From positions 2,905,716 to 2,969,715 of the forward strand of contig NZ_AP026867.1 of assembly GCF_026000115.1 (NCBI RefSeq): 64,000 nt of DNA, given 5' to 3'. Shown one piece after another: positions 29,446-40,281 of the stretch. The notes under the pieces are model-generated. The model ran no database searches, was not told where the DNA came from, and saw nothing but the letters and a program-made list of their open reading frames with translations. Position 1 is the first letter of the stretch. Every line of letters begins with the position of its first letter. The position numbers were made by a program, and so were the translations under genes. Source of the DNA: Aureispira anguillae (GTDB lineage: Bacteria; Bacteroidota; Bacteroidia; Chitinophagales; Saprospiraceae).

Positions 29446-31275
29446 ATGACAAAGAATAAATCTTTTGTATTTACCCCATTAAATAATTCCCAAAAGATTG
29501 ACAAAACTAACGAGCTTGCCGTTCCCAATACTCGTTATTTTAAATCCAAAGAAGCATTTGATGCAGCAGTAGGGCGAGATTTTATTGATTATGCCAACGC
29601 AACTACTTCGCTAGGTCAGAAATTTTTAGTAGGCTTGGCACATGGGCAATCCCCTGCTGGTGCTTATCAATATATCTTAGAACATTTTCATGAAATAAAA
29701 CGCTCTTCATTAATTCGTTTTACGTTTACTAATTCTAGATTAAAACGCCAAAGGGGCTTAGAAGGGGTCATGGACGCCCGTGCCCTATTGACCAAGATGC
29801 TACGCAAGGGGCTCATCACCAAAGATCAGATATTAGGTCGAAGTTTGGATCGAGAGAACATAGAACAATATGCCATTGGATTTAATACCAACCTAAGAGA
29901 CTATTTAAGACAAAACAATAAAGTAGGTTACGATTATGTCTTCCTTAGTTTTGACCCTACAGGTAGAGTCGCTGGTATTTCTAGAAACTCTGAAGCTTTT
30001 GATTCTAACGAGCTTGTTATTATAGTAGATGATTTAGGAGAGCCAGAATTAACAGGAACACCTCAATTTTTGGCAAAGGCAAAACGAATTGCGTTTTTGG
30101 CCACCAAATCCGATAAGCGCCGCCCACTGGCTTGGTTGTATTATCGCTGGGGAAAAGTCAACGAAAGCCCTAGTTTTTTGAGGCATATTGACCAAGTAAG
30201 GGAACGAATGACTGTATTTATTGACGACCATGCTTTGACTTGGCCTCAGATAGAAATTGTTCGTCAAACCCCTTATGGTTCAAGTACGATTCGGCTTGAC
30301 TTTGCCAAGCCTTATGACCCCAATGCCACAGAAAAGCTGCCAGTAGTTTTGCTCATTCATGGCTTTTTAGGTCTCAACTCTTTTGATAGCATCCTAACGG
30401 CTTTGCCTACCCACGATTATATTGGTACTGCCATGCATTATGGCTCTATTCCTCATGACCTCCCTCCTAGTCTTTATTCTGATCATGTGGTCAAAAATAT
30501 TGACGAGGTGATTAGCTATTTTGGAAAAAAAGGACATCCTGTTTATATCTTTGATCATTCTATGGGAAATACTTACTTTATGCTCATGGACAGAGATTAT
30601 GACCAACTACCTGGCGTCAAACACTATTTGTATGGTCGGATAGGCTCCAATCCTTTCTTTTGCGAACACGCCAAACATGCCTTTGTTGGTTTCTTAGATA
30701 ATGTGTTATTACCTGCGGTGTCGTTTCGTCAAAACATTGGTGTCAAAACCATGTTAATGACCCTCCGTCGTTTGGTTCCGCTAGACACCAAAAAAGGAGT
30801 TCGCCAAAGGGGTATTAAATTGACAGATTGGCTCATACGAAAAGATTCCTTAATGCGAGAAAAATTATGGCAAGCGGTAAAAGAACGAATCTTGCACCTG
30901 ATGACCAACTTGGAATCGGTTCCTCATTTAGATAGAATTCCAATTGAACGAGCCTTGAGCCGACTTCCAGCCAAAGTCTTTGCCATACAAGTGCATGCTG
31001 CTTTGTTAGAGTCTAAATCGCACGACAAGCAAAAGTCAATGCCCAATATGGCAAAACACAATATCCCAATCTTGATTTTAAAGAGTAAAAAAGATGCCAT
31101 TGCTAAATTCTCTCCTCAGTTGCACAAAACGCCTAATATAACGGTGATTGATGTGACCAACCCAGATGAAGATGATTTATTTAGGGAACATTTGTACCAC
31201 ATGGTCAACCCTGAAAAGTCTACGAGAATTATCATTGATTTTATAAAACGTGCCGAAGCAAAACGAAAAGCATAA
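29446..31275 (+). CDS. fusion protein with an N-terminal 6-phosphogluconolactonase/NagB-like domain and a C-terminal alpha/beta-hydrolase
   Basis: The N-terminus has LAHGQSP and LSFDPTGRVAGIS motifs, which resemble the GLSGGSTP and GMGxDGHTAS motifs of the 6PGL/NagB fold. The C-terminus has LLIHGF (oxyanion HG) and FDHSMGN (nucleophile elbow). Confidence 0.6.
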   Translation: MTKNKSFVFTPLNNSQKIDKTNELAVPNTRYFKSKEAFDAAVGRDFIDYANATTSLGQKFLVGLAHGQSPAGAYQYILEHFHEIKRSSLIRFTFTNSRLKRQRGLEGVMDARALLTKMLRKGLITKDQILGRSLDRENIEQYAIGFNTNLRDYLRQNNKVGYDYVFLSFDPTGRVAGISRNSEAFDSNELVIIVDDLGEPELTGTPQFLAKAKRIAFLATKSDKRRPLAWLYYRWGKVNESPSFLRHIDQVRERMTVFIDDHALTWPQIEIVRQTPYGSSTIRLDFAKPYDPNATEKLPVVLLIHGFLGLNSFDSILTALPTHDYIGTAMHYGSIPHDLPPSLYSDHVVKNIDEVISYFGKKGHPVYIFDHSMGNTYFMLMDRDYDQLPGVKHYLYGRIGSNPFFCEHAKHAFVGFLDNVLLPAVSFRQNIGVKTMLMTLRRLVPLDTKKGVRQRGIKLTDWLIRKDSLMREKLWQAVKERILHLMTNLESVPHLDRIPIERALSRLPAKVFAIQVHAALLESKSHDKQKSMPNMAKHNIPILILKSKKDAIAKFSPQLHKTPNITVIDVTNPDEDDLFREHLYHMVNPEKSTRIIIDFIKRAEAKRKA

Positions 31276-31302
31276 TTCACTAGGTTGCAACTAGCCCTAA
31301 AA

Positions 31303-31349
31303 GTTTTAAGTCGTATGCTTTGTCTATAGCAAAACATACGACTTAAAAC
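31303..31349. terminator. bidirectional terminator between convergent fusion-hydrolase gene and TonB-dependent receptor gene
   Basis: gttttaagtcgtatg / catacgacttaaaac form a perfect 15-bp stem with a 17-nt loop. Confidence 0.65.
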
Positions 31350-31423
31350 CTAAAAATCATAGAGTTCTATCACTGAAGATAATGTACTTAAGGAGCCAAT
31401 AGAACGATTTTTATTGCGGTCTA

Positions 31424-34018
31424 CTACCCTCCAAAATCTACCGTAAAGCCTCCAATAAAACGAATGGGGTCTTGTGGTGATGCTCCTAAAGAAATCGTAG
31501 AATTATCGGTTGTATGGTAATATTGATTATTTAGCACATTGTTGACCTTAACAAAGAGATTTACCTTTGCTTTTTTCTGTTTGGCAAAACTATATTTAGC
31601 AAATAGATTCCAAACAACAAAAGCAGGATTGCCTGCCTGTATTAATTCGCCATCAATGTCAATAGATCCATTGTTGTAACTAGCAGAACGATATAGAATA
31701 TTATTGCTTATGCTAAAGCTTTTCCACTGAAACAACAAACCTGCTTTCAGAGTATGCTTGGCTGTAAATGGTAGGTATTCTAGCCCTTCCATTTTTCCAT
31801 CGGCATAGCTATAACTGGCATGGATTTTTAATTGAACTTGTTCCTCTTGACCAAACACCAAACGATAGTCTGCTCTTAAGGTTGTCCCATAAGTAATGGT
31901 AGGAATATCACTATTAACAGATTGTTCTGTAGCAGTAGCAGGAATCCCCACAAACATAGGTTTTTCATAGTTAGTCCTTGAAACAATAGCATTCTCTATC
32001 AAATTAAAATAGGTATTTAATCCTATTGAAAAATCTCCCTTTCCATATTTTCCAGAAAATTCTGTTGTACGCACCTTTTCAGGCAACAAATCCTCATTGG
32101 GAACATGCCAGAATCCGCCTGTAATGTGGGTATTGTTTCCAGCAGCATCTTGTACGGGAAAGAAGGTGCCAAAATGCTCGTATTTTTGTTCTGGCGCTGG
32201 TTGCAAAAATCCTTCGCCATAAAATAATTTTATATTAAAATTATTAAAAGGCTTGTAAATTAGCCCCAACCTAGGATTCAATGTATTATAAGCACGTGCT
32301 TCTTTATTGGGAGAATACTCACTGATGTCAATAATTTGATCAAATCTCAGACCTAAGGTCAACAGGAACTTCTTGTTTAAGTTCAAGCGATATTCGGCAA
32401 AAGCTCCCAATATAATTCTACGGATATAATAAAAGTCTTGATAGATTTTCAGGCTATTTCCGTCCAAATCTGTATAGTCTGTTCCTAAATAATAAATATC
32501 GTAATCTGGTGTATTTGCCATAGAAAAAGGCAAAAAAGGATTGTTATTTTGATGAGGCACATCATCACTTTTGGGCAGTGTGATGGAATGTTGCATCGTC
32601 ATCCCAAATGCTAATTTGTGTCGCTTGCTAATTTTATAATTAAAGGTCTCTGTCAAACGAACCCCAAAATCAGAACCGATACTGTAGGCATCTTTATAAT
32701 TCGAGAATGCATTGATGTATTTACTATTGGTGGGAGTAAACATCAAGGTGCCATTTAAAACACTTTTTAAGGTCCATTTTGAAGATCTTTTGGGCAAAAA
32801 CACATGTTCTATATTTAGTCCTGTTAAGGAACTCCCAAACCTAGATTCTGCCCAATAAGGAGAGTAATGAGATTTGGTGCTAACGGCACTGCTATGTTGC
32901 TCTTGATTATGAAAAATACCAATTTTCCACTTTTTGAACTCTAATTTACCTTCTACAAAGTAAGCAAAACGGCTCATATCAAACGGCTTAATAGGAAGCG
33001 TCTGCATATTTCCTTCTTGATCGACAGGACTATTTAAAATAGCTCCATCTTGCAGGTATTTTTTGTTGTAAAACCTAAACTCATCCAGATAATAGTCATT
33101 TAATTTTGCACCTTCCGAATAATAAAACCCACCTGACATAGAGAAAGAAACATCGTCATTTCCAACGCCAAACTGAAAAGCATTACTGGTTGTATGATTC
33201 ATACCATAACTTCCTGTCAATGAAAACTGCTCGCCTTTTTTACCTTCTTTGGTAATAATATTGATGACTCCCATATAGGCATCTGCCCCATAAAGCGCTG
33301 AAGCAGGCCCCAAAATTATTTCTACTCGTTCTGCATAGCGAATGTTGTAGTTTTCGAGCAGCGCATATTTGCTATTCACCATACTACTATAACGAATTCC
33401 ATCAATCAAAATTAAGACTTTTTCATTGCCATGAACCCCTCTTGCAGAAACAGAATTATAATCCTGAGAAGCATAACGGTCTTGAATTTCAATCTCAGGT
33501 ATATCTCTCAACAACTCATTGATTCCCATATAACCTTGCTGTTCTATCTCCTCCGCTGTGACCACATAAACAGTAGCAGGTGTATTTTCTATAGATTCTG
33601 TGGTGCTCGCTCCTGTTTCAATGGCCGTTTTTTGTTTGGCGGCTAATGCAGCATAACTATAAATATTGGTTACCTCTGCGGCATATCCTCTTGACAGTTT
33701 AAAATAAGCTAATTTTGTCCGATCTTCACGAACCTGAATTCCTATGATACGAGTTGTTTTAAACCCAAAGGCGGTACACTCTAAATTATAAACACCAGGC
33801 TTAATATCTGTAAAAATAAATTCACCTGCATCTTTAGAAAAAGACCTTTTTTCTTTTCCATTGCCCTCAAAAGGCACCAGTTTAATCGTAGCTCCTCGTA
33901 TGACCTGCCCTGATTCAGCATTGGTGACAATCCCTCTTATACCACCATTAATTTCGGTCCAGCCAAAAACAAAACTATAAGAAAAAAAGATTAGTATTAT
34001 ACTACAAAAAATTTTCAT
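31424..34018 (-). CDS. TonB-dependent outer-membrane receptor with N-terminal carboxypeptidase-regulatory-like domain
   Basis: A signal peptide, a CarbopepD_reg-like segment (IRGIVTNAESGQVIRGATIKLV), a plug region (TPATVYVVTAEEIEQQG), and an 864-aa beta-barrel length. Confidence 0.85.
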   Translation of the reverse strand: MKIFCSIILIFFSYSFVFGWTEINGGIRGIVTNAESGQVIRGATIKLVPFEGNGKEKRSFSKDAGEFIFTDIKPGVYNLECTAFGFKTTRIIGIQVREDRTKLAYFKLSRGYAAEVTNIYSYAALAAKQKTAIETGASTTESIENTPATVYVVTAEEIEQQGYMGINELLRDIPEIEIQDRYASQDYNSVSARGVHGNEKVLILIDGIRYSSMVNSKYALLENYNIRYAERVEIILGPASALYGADAYMGVINIITKEGKKGEQFSLTGSYGMNHTTSNAFQFGVGNDDVSFSMSGGFYYSEGAKLNDYYLDEFRFYNKKYLQDGAILNSPVDQEGNMQTLPIKPFDMSRFAYFVEGKLEFKKWKIGIFHNQEQHSSAVSTKSHYSPYWAESRFGSSLTGLNIEHVFLPKRSSKWTLKSVLNGTLMFTPTNSKYINAFSNYKDAYSIGSDFGVRLTETFNYKISKRHKLAFGMTMQHSITLPKSDDVPHQNNNPFLPFSMANTPDYDIYYLGTDYTDLDGNSLKIYQDFYYIRRIILGAFAEYRLNLNKKFLLTLGLRFDQIIDISEYSPNKEARAYNTLNPRLGLIYKPFNNFNIKLFYGEGFLQPAPEQKYEHFGTFFPVQDAAGNNTHITGGFWHVPNEDLLPEKVRTTEFSGKYGKGDFSIGLNTYFNLIENAIVSRTNYEKPMFVGIPATATEQSVNSDIPTITYGTTLRADYRLVFGQEEQVQLKIHASYSYADGKMEGLEYLPFTAKHTLKAGLLFQWKSFSISNNILYRSASYNNGSIDIDGELIQAGNPAFVVWNLFAKYSFAKQKKAKVNLFVKVNNVLNNQYYHTTDNSTISLGASPQDPIRFIGGFTVDFGG

Positions 34019-34177
34019 TTCAATTTATGGATTAATGCATCTAATAACCAATAAAGTTATGCACTGTTCTTTATAAGTAAACAGCTCAGATTAGGCAATA
34101 TCTCCCCACATCATCTATTGATATAAACAATGTGCATAGCTAATTTGAGCTGTTTACTGTGAAAACAATGTTGGTGT

Positions 34178-35284
34178 TTATAGACTGTCTTTAAAAGGAG
34201 TTAGCGTAGAAAAAGAATTGGCTATTGTATCAATGACATCATCAATATCAGAAGCCGTTGTTAGATAAAGATTAGCCTCTAGAGGATCAGCACTGCCAGC
34301 AAGCACTACCAGTAAGTTATTGATTTCTATATTGGATAATGTTTTCTGCATTCCATATTTTAGCCCTGAAATAATTCCATAAGCTTGCGTTAAATGATGG
34401 TAATAGATAGCAAGATCGGAAGTGTTTTTCTTAGCATCATTGAGGTAAGAAATGGCAGTGGCAGCAAGCAATTTTTCGGTTTCTATTCGTAGCAACTGAC
34501 GCATTTCATCTCTGGTATCGTAATCTCTAGCAGAAATTGCTGCTCTTCCTTTTAAATAGGCATCCATAAGCCTAGAATTAGATCCAACATAGGCATTTAC
34601 CTTATTGGAATAAGCTCCTAAAAAAGATAAGTTAGAATTGTTACTAGGAAAATTAGTCGGTACATTATAATAACCAAATGCCTCATCCCAGTAATGCTCC
34701 ATATTAGTTCCTCGGCCAGAAAATACCCTCTTATTATCTGTATTCATCTTTGTCTCGCCTAAGTGCACCACTGTAATTTGATAATAAAAACAAGCACTAA
34801 CCAATAGTTGCTCAATTATTTCGGCTAATTCAATGCCATTTCCATTCAATAAATAGCCCTTATTTGTAGTGGAACTGCTCATGATTCCTGACAAACCAAC
34901 GGAAGCAGTAACATTGAGGCATCTACTTGCTGAATCTAGTGCAGAAATATAGGTCTCTATTTCGTCTTGGATAGCTGGATTAGTTTTGTTCTTTAGCTCT
35001 ACCCCTGTAGTATTTAAATCTAACTCTGAGAAAGGAGCATTGGTATTGCGATACATATCAAGCATGATTTGCTTGCTGACATGCGGTACACTATAATCCC
35101 CTGCTGACTTAGCATAATCGGTTAATTCAGTCAACATCTTAATTCTTGCTTTCTGCCGATCATAGTTCACATTTTCAAACTGATAACTGGTTGGTATTGT
35201 ATAATCATTTGCCATTTTTTGGCAGGCAGACAAACTAACAAGGATCATACTCAAAAAGAGTAAGGATTGGATACGGATTTTCAT
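34178..35284 (-). CDS. lipoprotein partner of the TonB-dependent receptor (possibly DUF4856/imelysin-associated type)
   Basis: Lipobox LSAC, 368 aa, immediately upstream of and co-oriented with the TBDR. The family assignment is tentative. Confidence 0.5.
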   Translation of the reverse strand: MKIRIQSLLFLSMILVSLSACQKMANDYTIPTSYQFENVNYDRQKARIKMLTELTDYAKSAGDYSVPHVSKQIMLDMYRNTNAPFSELDLNTTGVELKNKTNPAIQDEIETYISALDSASRCLNVTASVGLSGIMSSSTTNKGYLLNGNGIELAEIIEQLLVSACFYYQITVVHLGETKMNTDNKRVFSGRGTNMEHYWDEAFGYYNVPTNFPSNNSNLSFLGAYSNKVNAYVGSNSRLMDAYLKGRAAISARDYDTRDEMRQLLRIETEKLLAATAISYLNDAKKNTSDLAIYYHHLTQAYGIISGLKYGMQKTLSNIEINNLLVVLAGSADPLEANLYLTTASDIDDVIDTIANSFSTLTPFKDSL

Positions 35285-35474
35285 AATGGTGTAGTGGATA
35301 AAGATTCGTTTTTTTTTCTGAACGATACAACAGACGAGTATTCTATAATTCAGAAGGATAAAAAATAGTTTTTTTCACAAAGTTAAGCAATAGCGTAGAA
35401 AGTGCTAATTTATAGATTAAAGTTGCTTTACTTTAACATATAAAACCAACTCTTATATCTTATAATAGAATCGG

Positions 35475-36041
35475 TTATTTAACCTTATACCTCTGTTGTC
35501 TTCGAGCTTCCAATATCTCATCTAATTTGACTCGTTCCTCACAAAATATATCCGTAATCAAAACACCTTTATCTGCTGCCCCCTCGATAGATTCAATATA
35601 AAACTCTAATGTTGTATGACTGTTAGTCGCATTAAAATGCGCTTTCTGATAAATAAAACTGCCTTCTTCTTTATTATTTTTAATCGTTTTTTGGTAGATC
35701 ACTTGATTGTCAGCGACCACAATCAATTTCTTATCCCCAGCATTCGGACGATGCGAATAAGCAAAAGTTAAGGTATAATTGGTTTGAGTCGTTTTAATGG
35801 TTTGCTCAAGGCTTGATTGTTGATCTAATTCTACAAAGCTAGTCTCAATATAGTTATCGGGCAAACCATACAAATCGCCATAGTTACTGTGCTCAATTGC
35901 TTGTTTTTCTATTGTTACTCTAGAAGAAGCAATCAACGGCTGCCATTCGTTGGTGCCCAGCTTAAAGTTGCCATTTTGTATTAAGTTCTGCGCAAAAACA
36001 GTAGTACTATTCAATAAAATAAGTAAAAAAATTGTTTTCAT
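35475..36041 (-). CDS. secreted hypothetical protein (galactose-binding/CBM-like N-terminus)
   Basis: A signal peptide followed by QNLIQNGNFKLGTNEW, a motif common at the start of CBM-like jelly-roll domains. Confidence 0.5.
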   Translation of the reverse strand: MKTIFLLILLNSTTVFAQNLIQNGNFKLGTNEWQPLIASSRVTIEKQAIEHSNYGDLYGLPDNYIETSFVELDQQSSLEQTIKTTQTNYTLTFAYSHRPNAGDKKLIVVADNQVIYQKTIKNNKEEGSFIYQKAHFNATNSHTTLEFYIESIEGAADKGVLITDIFCEERVKLDEILEARRQQRYKVK

Positions 36042-36180
36042 AATTTGTAAAAAATTAATAAAAATTTAGATCTAAAACGATGAGATAGCTCAAAGCACGA
36101 AATGAAGGTTAGCTTTGCTTGAAGTCCTTATTAAGAAGAGCTGTCAGAAAGACCGACAGCCCTTCTTCATGGATTTGTTA

Positions 36181-36630
36181 TTACTTGCGATTGATGGTTA
36201 CAGTAGTTGTTTTCTCTGCCCCTGTTTCATCCGTAATTTGAAACTTATAGGTACCATCTTCCAATGTTTTTACATTTAATGCGTTGTAATTGTTACCCGA
36301 CTCTAATTTTAGTACACGGTTAGCTGCCAATTCGTAACCTTCCTCATCAAACATCTTTAAAGCAATCTCTTTCTGTTGCTCTGTTTTTAATGAAAAAACA
36401 AAAACATCATCGTTTACTTCATCTTCTGCGATAAGTTCTACTTCTAAAATTTTGGCTACTTTCTCTGCTGCCATTAAAGAAGTATAAATTGTACTGATAA
36501 TTTCTTGATCATCGCCATCGTCCATCATTAGGACAACTGCCACCATTTTGTCTTCTTGTTGGGGTGTATCGAGTGAAAATCCAGTATTAATAAATAATAA
36601 GAATGTGAATAAAAAAGTTAAAGTTTTCAT
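36181..36630 (-). CDS. small secreted acidic protein, unknown function
   Basis: Signal peptide, 149 aa, Asp/Glu-rich. Confidence 0.5.
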   Translation of the reverse strand: MKTLTFLFTFLLFINTGFSLDTPQQEDKMVAVVLMMDDGDDQEIISTIYTSLMAAEKVAKILEVELIAEDEVNDDVFVFSLKTEQQKEIALKMFDEEGYELAANRVLKLESGNNYNALNVKTLEDGTYKFQITDETGAEKTTTVTINRK

Positions 36631-36852
36631 CGTATATTAAATTATAAATGAATAAAAATAGTTGTTGTTATTAAGTTTTTTTTAAGCTATTGAATCGCCA
36701 CTTTTTGGATGAAACCAATTCTGCCATTACTGTATTGAATGAGATAGGTTTCAATGATATAGTTGGAATAATCGATTACGCTTTCTTTGTATTTTTATTT
36801 TGCACACAACAATAGATATGTTCATATATTCATATCTAGATGTAAAAAAATG

Positions 36853-37233
36853 CTACCTTATAACTTCAGCTTTATGGGTCTCTACTACTGGATTTAAAAC
36901 TTCAACCATCAGAACATTATCGGCAAGCGATATTTCTTTGGCTAGTTCTACAGGTTCATCTACCTTAGTTCCTACTTCTAACAACACTCGTTCGCTAAAC
37001 TCATCCATTTTTATCGTTTCAACGACCTTCAGTTCATAAATCTCCGTAAACGTTCCCAACACACTATTTTTATTATTCATTGTTTTTAATATATCACCTT
37101 CATAATAGATAATAAACTGTAAAGTCTCTTGTTCTCCTGGAGGTGGCGAAAAACTATTTGAGGCAAATCCTTGTGTTACAAAAAATGTTGTGAACAATAA
37201 TGCGATTAAAAGTGTTTTAAGTTTCGTGTACAT
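36853..37233 (-). CDS. small secreted protein, unknown function
   Basis: Signal peptide, 126 aa. Confidence 0.5.
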   Translation of the reverse strand: MYTKLKTLLIALLFTTFFVTQGFASNSFSPPPGEQETLQFIIYYEGDILKTMNNKNSVLGTFTEIYELKVVETIKMDEFSERVLLEVGTKVDEPVELAKEISLADNVLMVEVLNPVVETHKAEVIR

Positions 37234-37655
37234 TGCGTAGATATTATCTAATTTTTCAAAAAAAATACATTTATAAATACTTAATAGCGAAAATCATAGG
37301 GTCTAAACTATACCAAACCAAGTGGTATTAAAGCCTTAGTCCAAAACCGACCCAAAACAGAAGGCGCTATTTATCAACAAGATACAAATTGAATATATTT
37401 TAATACATTTCAATAATGAAACTCATATATCCATTGTTGACATATTTCAAAAAATCTATTTTTTGGTTAATCCTAAAAGATTGCCTTGCCTGCCTTATAC
37501 TATTGATAATCAACTTTTTTTGCTACACATTCCTATTTTCTTTCCAACTGCTTCAAAGATTAATTAAAACAACCTTCGTTTCAAAACGCCATGCTATTAG
37601 ATTAATCCTTTATTCTAAACATTTTTGTTTTGGAATTAAATTCTAAATCTTCTAC

Positions 37656-37696
37656 AAAAAAAAAGCTTTCTACTCTTATCAAGTAGAAAGCTTTTT
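37656..37696 (-). terminator. rho-independent terminator of acnA
   Basis: aaagctttctact / agtagaaagcttt form a perfect 13-bp stem with a 7-nt loop. A run of nine A's on the plus strand supplies the U-tract after the hairpin on the minus strand. Confidence 0.75.
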
Positions 37697-37722
37697 ATGA
37701 TTTATTTCAAGTTGGATAAATC

Positions 37723-39999
37723 CTATAAACCTTGATCTTTTCGAATTTTATTTAATGCAGAACCAGCATTTACCCATTCAATTTGAGCAGCATTATACGT
37801 ATGCGCTACTTCGAAAGAATCCTCTGTACCATCTGCATGATGTAGTACTACTGTTAAGTTTTTACCCTCTTCAAAAGTATCAAAACCTAAAATATCTACT
37901 TTATCATCTTGACGAACCAAGTCATAATCAGCAGGATTAACAAAAGTTAACGCCAACATACCTTGTTTTTTCAAGTTTGTTTGGTGAATACGAGCGAATG
38001 ATTTTACGATTACCGCTTTTACTCCCAAGAAACGAGGCTCCATAGCAGCATGCTCACGAGAAGAACCTTCCCCTAAGTTATCTTCACCAAAAACAACCGT
38101 ACCAATTCCTGCTTGTTGATACTTGATCGCAGAATCAGGAACAGGCATATAAGCAGGCTCATTACTAGCTGCATAATTAGCTACGTTATTCGTTTCTTCA
38201 TTAAAGAAGTTTACAGCACCAATGTAGCAGTTTTGCGAAATATTCTCTAAGTGTCCACGGTACGTCAACCAAGGACCAGCCATAGAAATATGATCTGTTG
38301 TACATTTCCCTTTCGCCTTAATCAACAGACGCATGCCTGTTAATTCTTCTTGGTTCATTGGCTTAAATGGAGTCAACAGCTGTAAACGCTTAGATTCTGG
38401 ATTAACAACCACATTAATTCCTGAACCATCTTCGGCAGGAGCAACATAACCAGCATCCTCTACATCAAATCCTTTCACAGGTAATTCATCCCCTGTAGGA
38501 GGATCTAATTTTACTTCTTCACCATTTTCATTAATCAAAGTATCTGTCAATGGATTAAATTTCATATCTCCAGCAATTGTCATAGCCGTCACCAATTCAG
38601 GAGAAGCTACAAAAGCTTGCGTATTAGGATTACCATCTGCACGTTTAGCGAAGTTACGATTAAACGAGTGGATGATTGCATTTTTCTCTTGTTTTTCAGC
38701 ACCAACACGTGCCCACATACCAATACAAGGGCCACAAGCATTTGCCAACACCATTCCGCCAATTTTCTCAAAATTGTCCAACAAACCATCACGTTCTGCG
38801 GTAAAACGTACTAACTCAGAACCTGGAGTAACTGTAAATTCGGCTTTTGCTTTTAAATTCTTTTCAGCAGCTTGCTTAGCAATAGAAGCTGCACGTGTCA
38901 AATCTTCGTAAGAAGAGTTGGTACAAGAACCAATCAAACCAACAGACAATTTAGAAGGAAAATCATTGGCATCTACTGCTTTAGCAAATTCAGAAATCGG
39001 CCAAGCACGATCTGGCGTAAATGGACCATTCAAATGAGGCTCTAAAGTAGTCAAGTCAATTTCAATTACTTGATCAAAATAATCACTAGGATTTTCGTAT
39101 ACCTCAGCATCTCCAGTCAAATGTTCTTTAACTCCTTCTGCCAAAGCAGCAACATCTGCACGATCCGTTGCCTCCAAGTAGCGTTTCATAGAGTCATCGT
39201 AACCAAAAGTAGAAGTAGTTGCTCCAATCTCTGCTCCCATGTTACAAATAGTACCTTTACCAGTACAAGACATGCTAACAGCTCCTTCGCCAAAATATTC
39301 TACGATAAATCCAGTACCACCTTTAGCCCCTACAATCCCAGCTACTTTTAGGATTACATCTTTAGGAGAAGTCCAGCCATTTAGTTTACCAGTTAGTTTT
39401 ACACCAATCAATTTAGGCATTTTAAGTTCCCAAGGAAGTCCAGCCATAACATCTACAGCATCCGCACCTCCAATACCAATAGCCACCATACCCAAACCAC
39501 CAGCATTCACAGTATGTGAGTCTGTTCCAATCATCATTCCACCAGGAAAAGCATAGTTTTCTAGTACAATTTGGTGAATGATACCAGCACCTGGTTTCCA
39601 AAAACCAACACCATATTTGTCAGAAACAGAACTTAAAAAGTCATAAACTTCTGCGTTTTTATCATTAGCTGTTTCCAAGTCACTTTCAGCACCAACCTTT
39701 GCCTGAATCAAATGATCGCAATGAACAGTAGATGGTACAGCAACTTTGTCTTTGCCCGCCATCATAAATTGTAACAAAGCCATTTGTGCAGTAGCATCTT
39801 GCATGGCTACACGGTCAGGAGAAAAGAATACATAATCCTCACCACGTTTGAAATCTTGAATTGGAGAATCTTGATTTAAATGAGCATACAAGATTTTTTC
39901 TGCTAAAGTAAGTGGTTTTCCAAGAGTTTCGCGTGCAGCCTGAATTTTTGAAGGCAAAGAAGCATAGTGCTTCTTAATCATATCAATGTCAAATGCCAT
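37723..39999 (-). CDS. acnA: aconitate hydratase (AcnA/mitochondrial type, 758 aa)
   Basis: Aconitase-family sequence throughout, including Fe-S cluster cysteines and the C-terminal swivel domain. A perfect rho-independent terminator follows. Confidence 0.9.
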   Translation of the reverse strand: MAFDIDMIKKHYASLPSKIQAARETLGKPLTLAEKILYAHLNQDSPIQDFKRGEDYVFFSPDRVAMQDATAQMALLQFMMAGKDKVAVPSTVHCDHLIQAKVGAESDLETANDKNAEVYDFLSSVSDKYGVGFWKPGAGIIHQIVLENYAFPGGMMIGTDSHTVNAGGLGMVAIGIGGADAVDVMAGLPWELKMPKLIGVKLTGKLNGWTSPKDVILKVAGIVGAKGGTGFIVEYFGEGAVSMSCTGKGTICNMGAEIGATTSTFGYDDSMKRYLEATDRADVAALAEGVKEHLTGDAEVYENPSDYFDQVIEIDLTTLEPHLNGPFTPDRAWPISEFAKAVDANDFPSKLSVGLIGSCTNSSYEDLTRAASIAKQAAEKNLKAKAEFTVTPGSELVRFTAERDGLLDNFEKIGGMVLANACGPCIGMWARVGAEKQEKNAIIHSFNRNFAKRADGNPNTQAFVASPELVTAMTIAGDMKFNPLTDTLINENGEEVKLDPPTGDELPVKGFDVEDAGYVAPAEDGSGINVVVNPESKRLQLLTPFKPMNQEELTGMRLLIKAKGKCTTDHISMAGPWLTYRGHLENISQNCYIGAVNFFNEETNNVANYAASNEPAYMPVPDSAIKYQQAGIGTVVFGEDNLGEGSSREHAAMEPRFLGVKAVIVKSFARIHQTNLKKQGMLALTFVNPADYDLVRQDDKVDILGFDTFEEGKNLTVVLHHADGTEDSFEVAHTYNAAQIEWVNAGSALNKIRKDQGL

Positions 40000-40281
40000 A
40001 GTGCTATAAAATGATTTTATATAATTAACTAATCTAATTATTGGTTTCCTATAATTAATAACCTTTTAGGAAGGCTATGGTTGCGAAAATACATTTTTTT
40101 TGTGAAAAAATGTATTGGGCTTATTATTTAGACTAATTCTATAGAAGGATCACTACTGATCCCTCCCTCAAAAGATTTTCTTCCAACAATTGCCCTAATC
40201 AAAAATAAGCGACTTCATCGCTATTATATTCACAAAAAAAATGTTCTATTCTTAGCCCATTTTAATCCTTATAGAATAACA

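Noticed and set aside
37416-37646. 76-aa ORF in the acnA downstream intergenic region
   Set aside because: Hydrophobic, low-complexity translation in AT-rich DNA between a terminator and a promoter. No ribosome-binding context.
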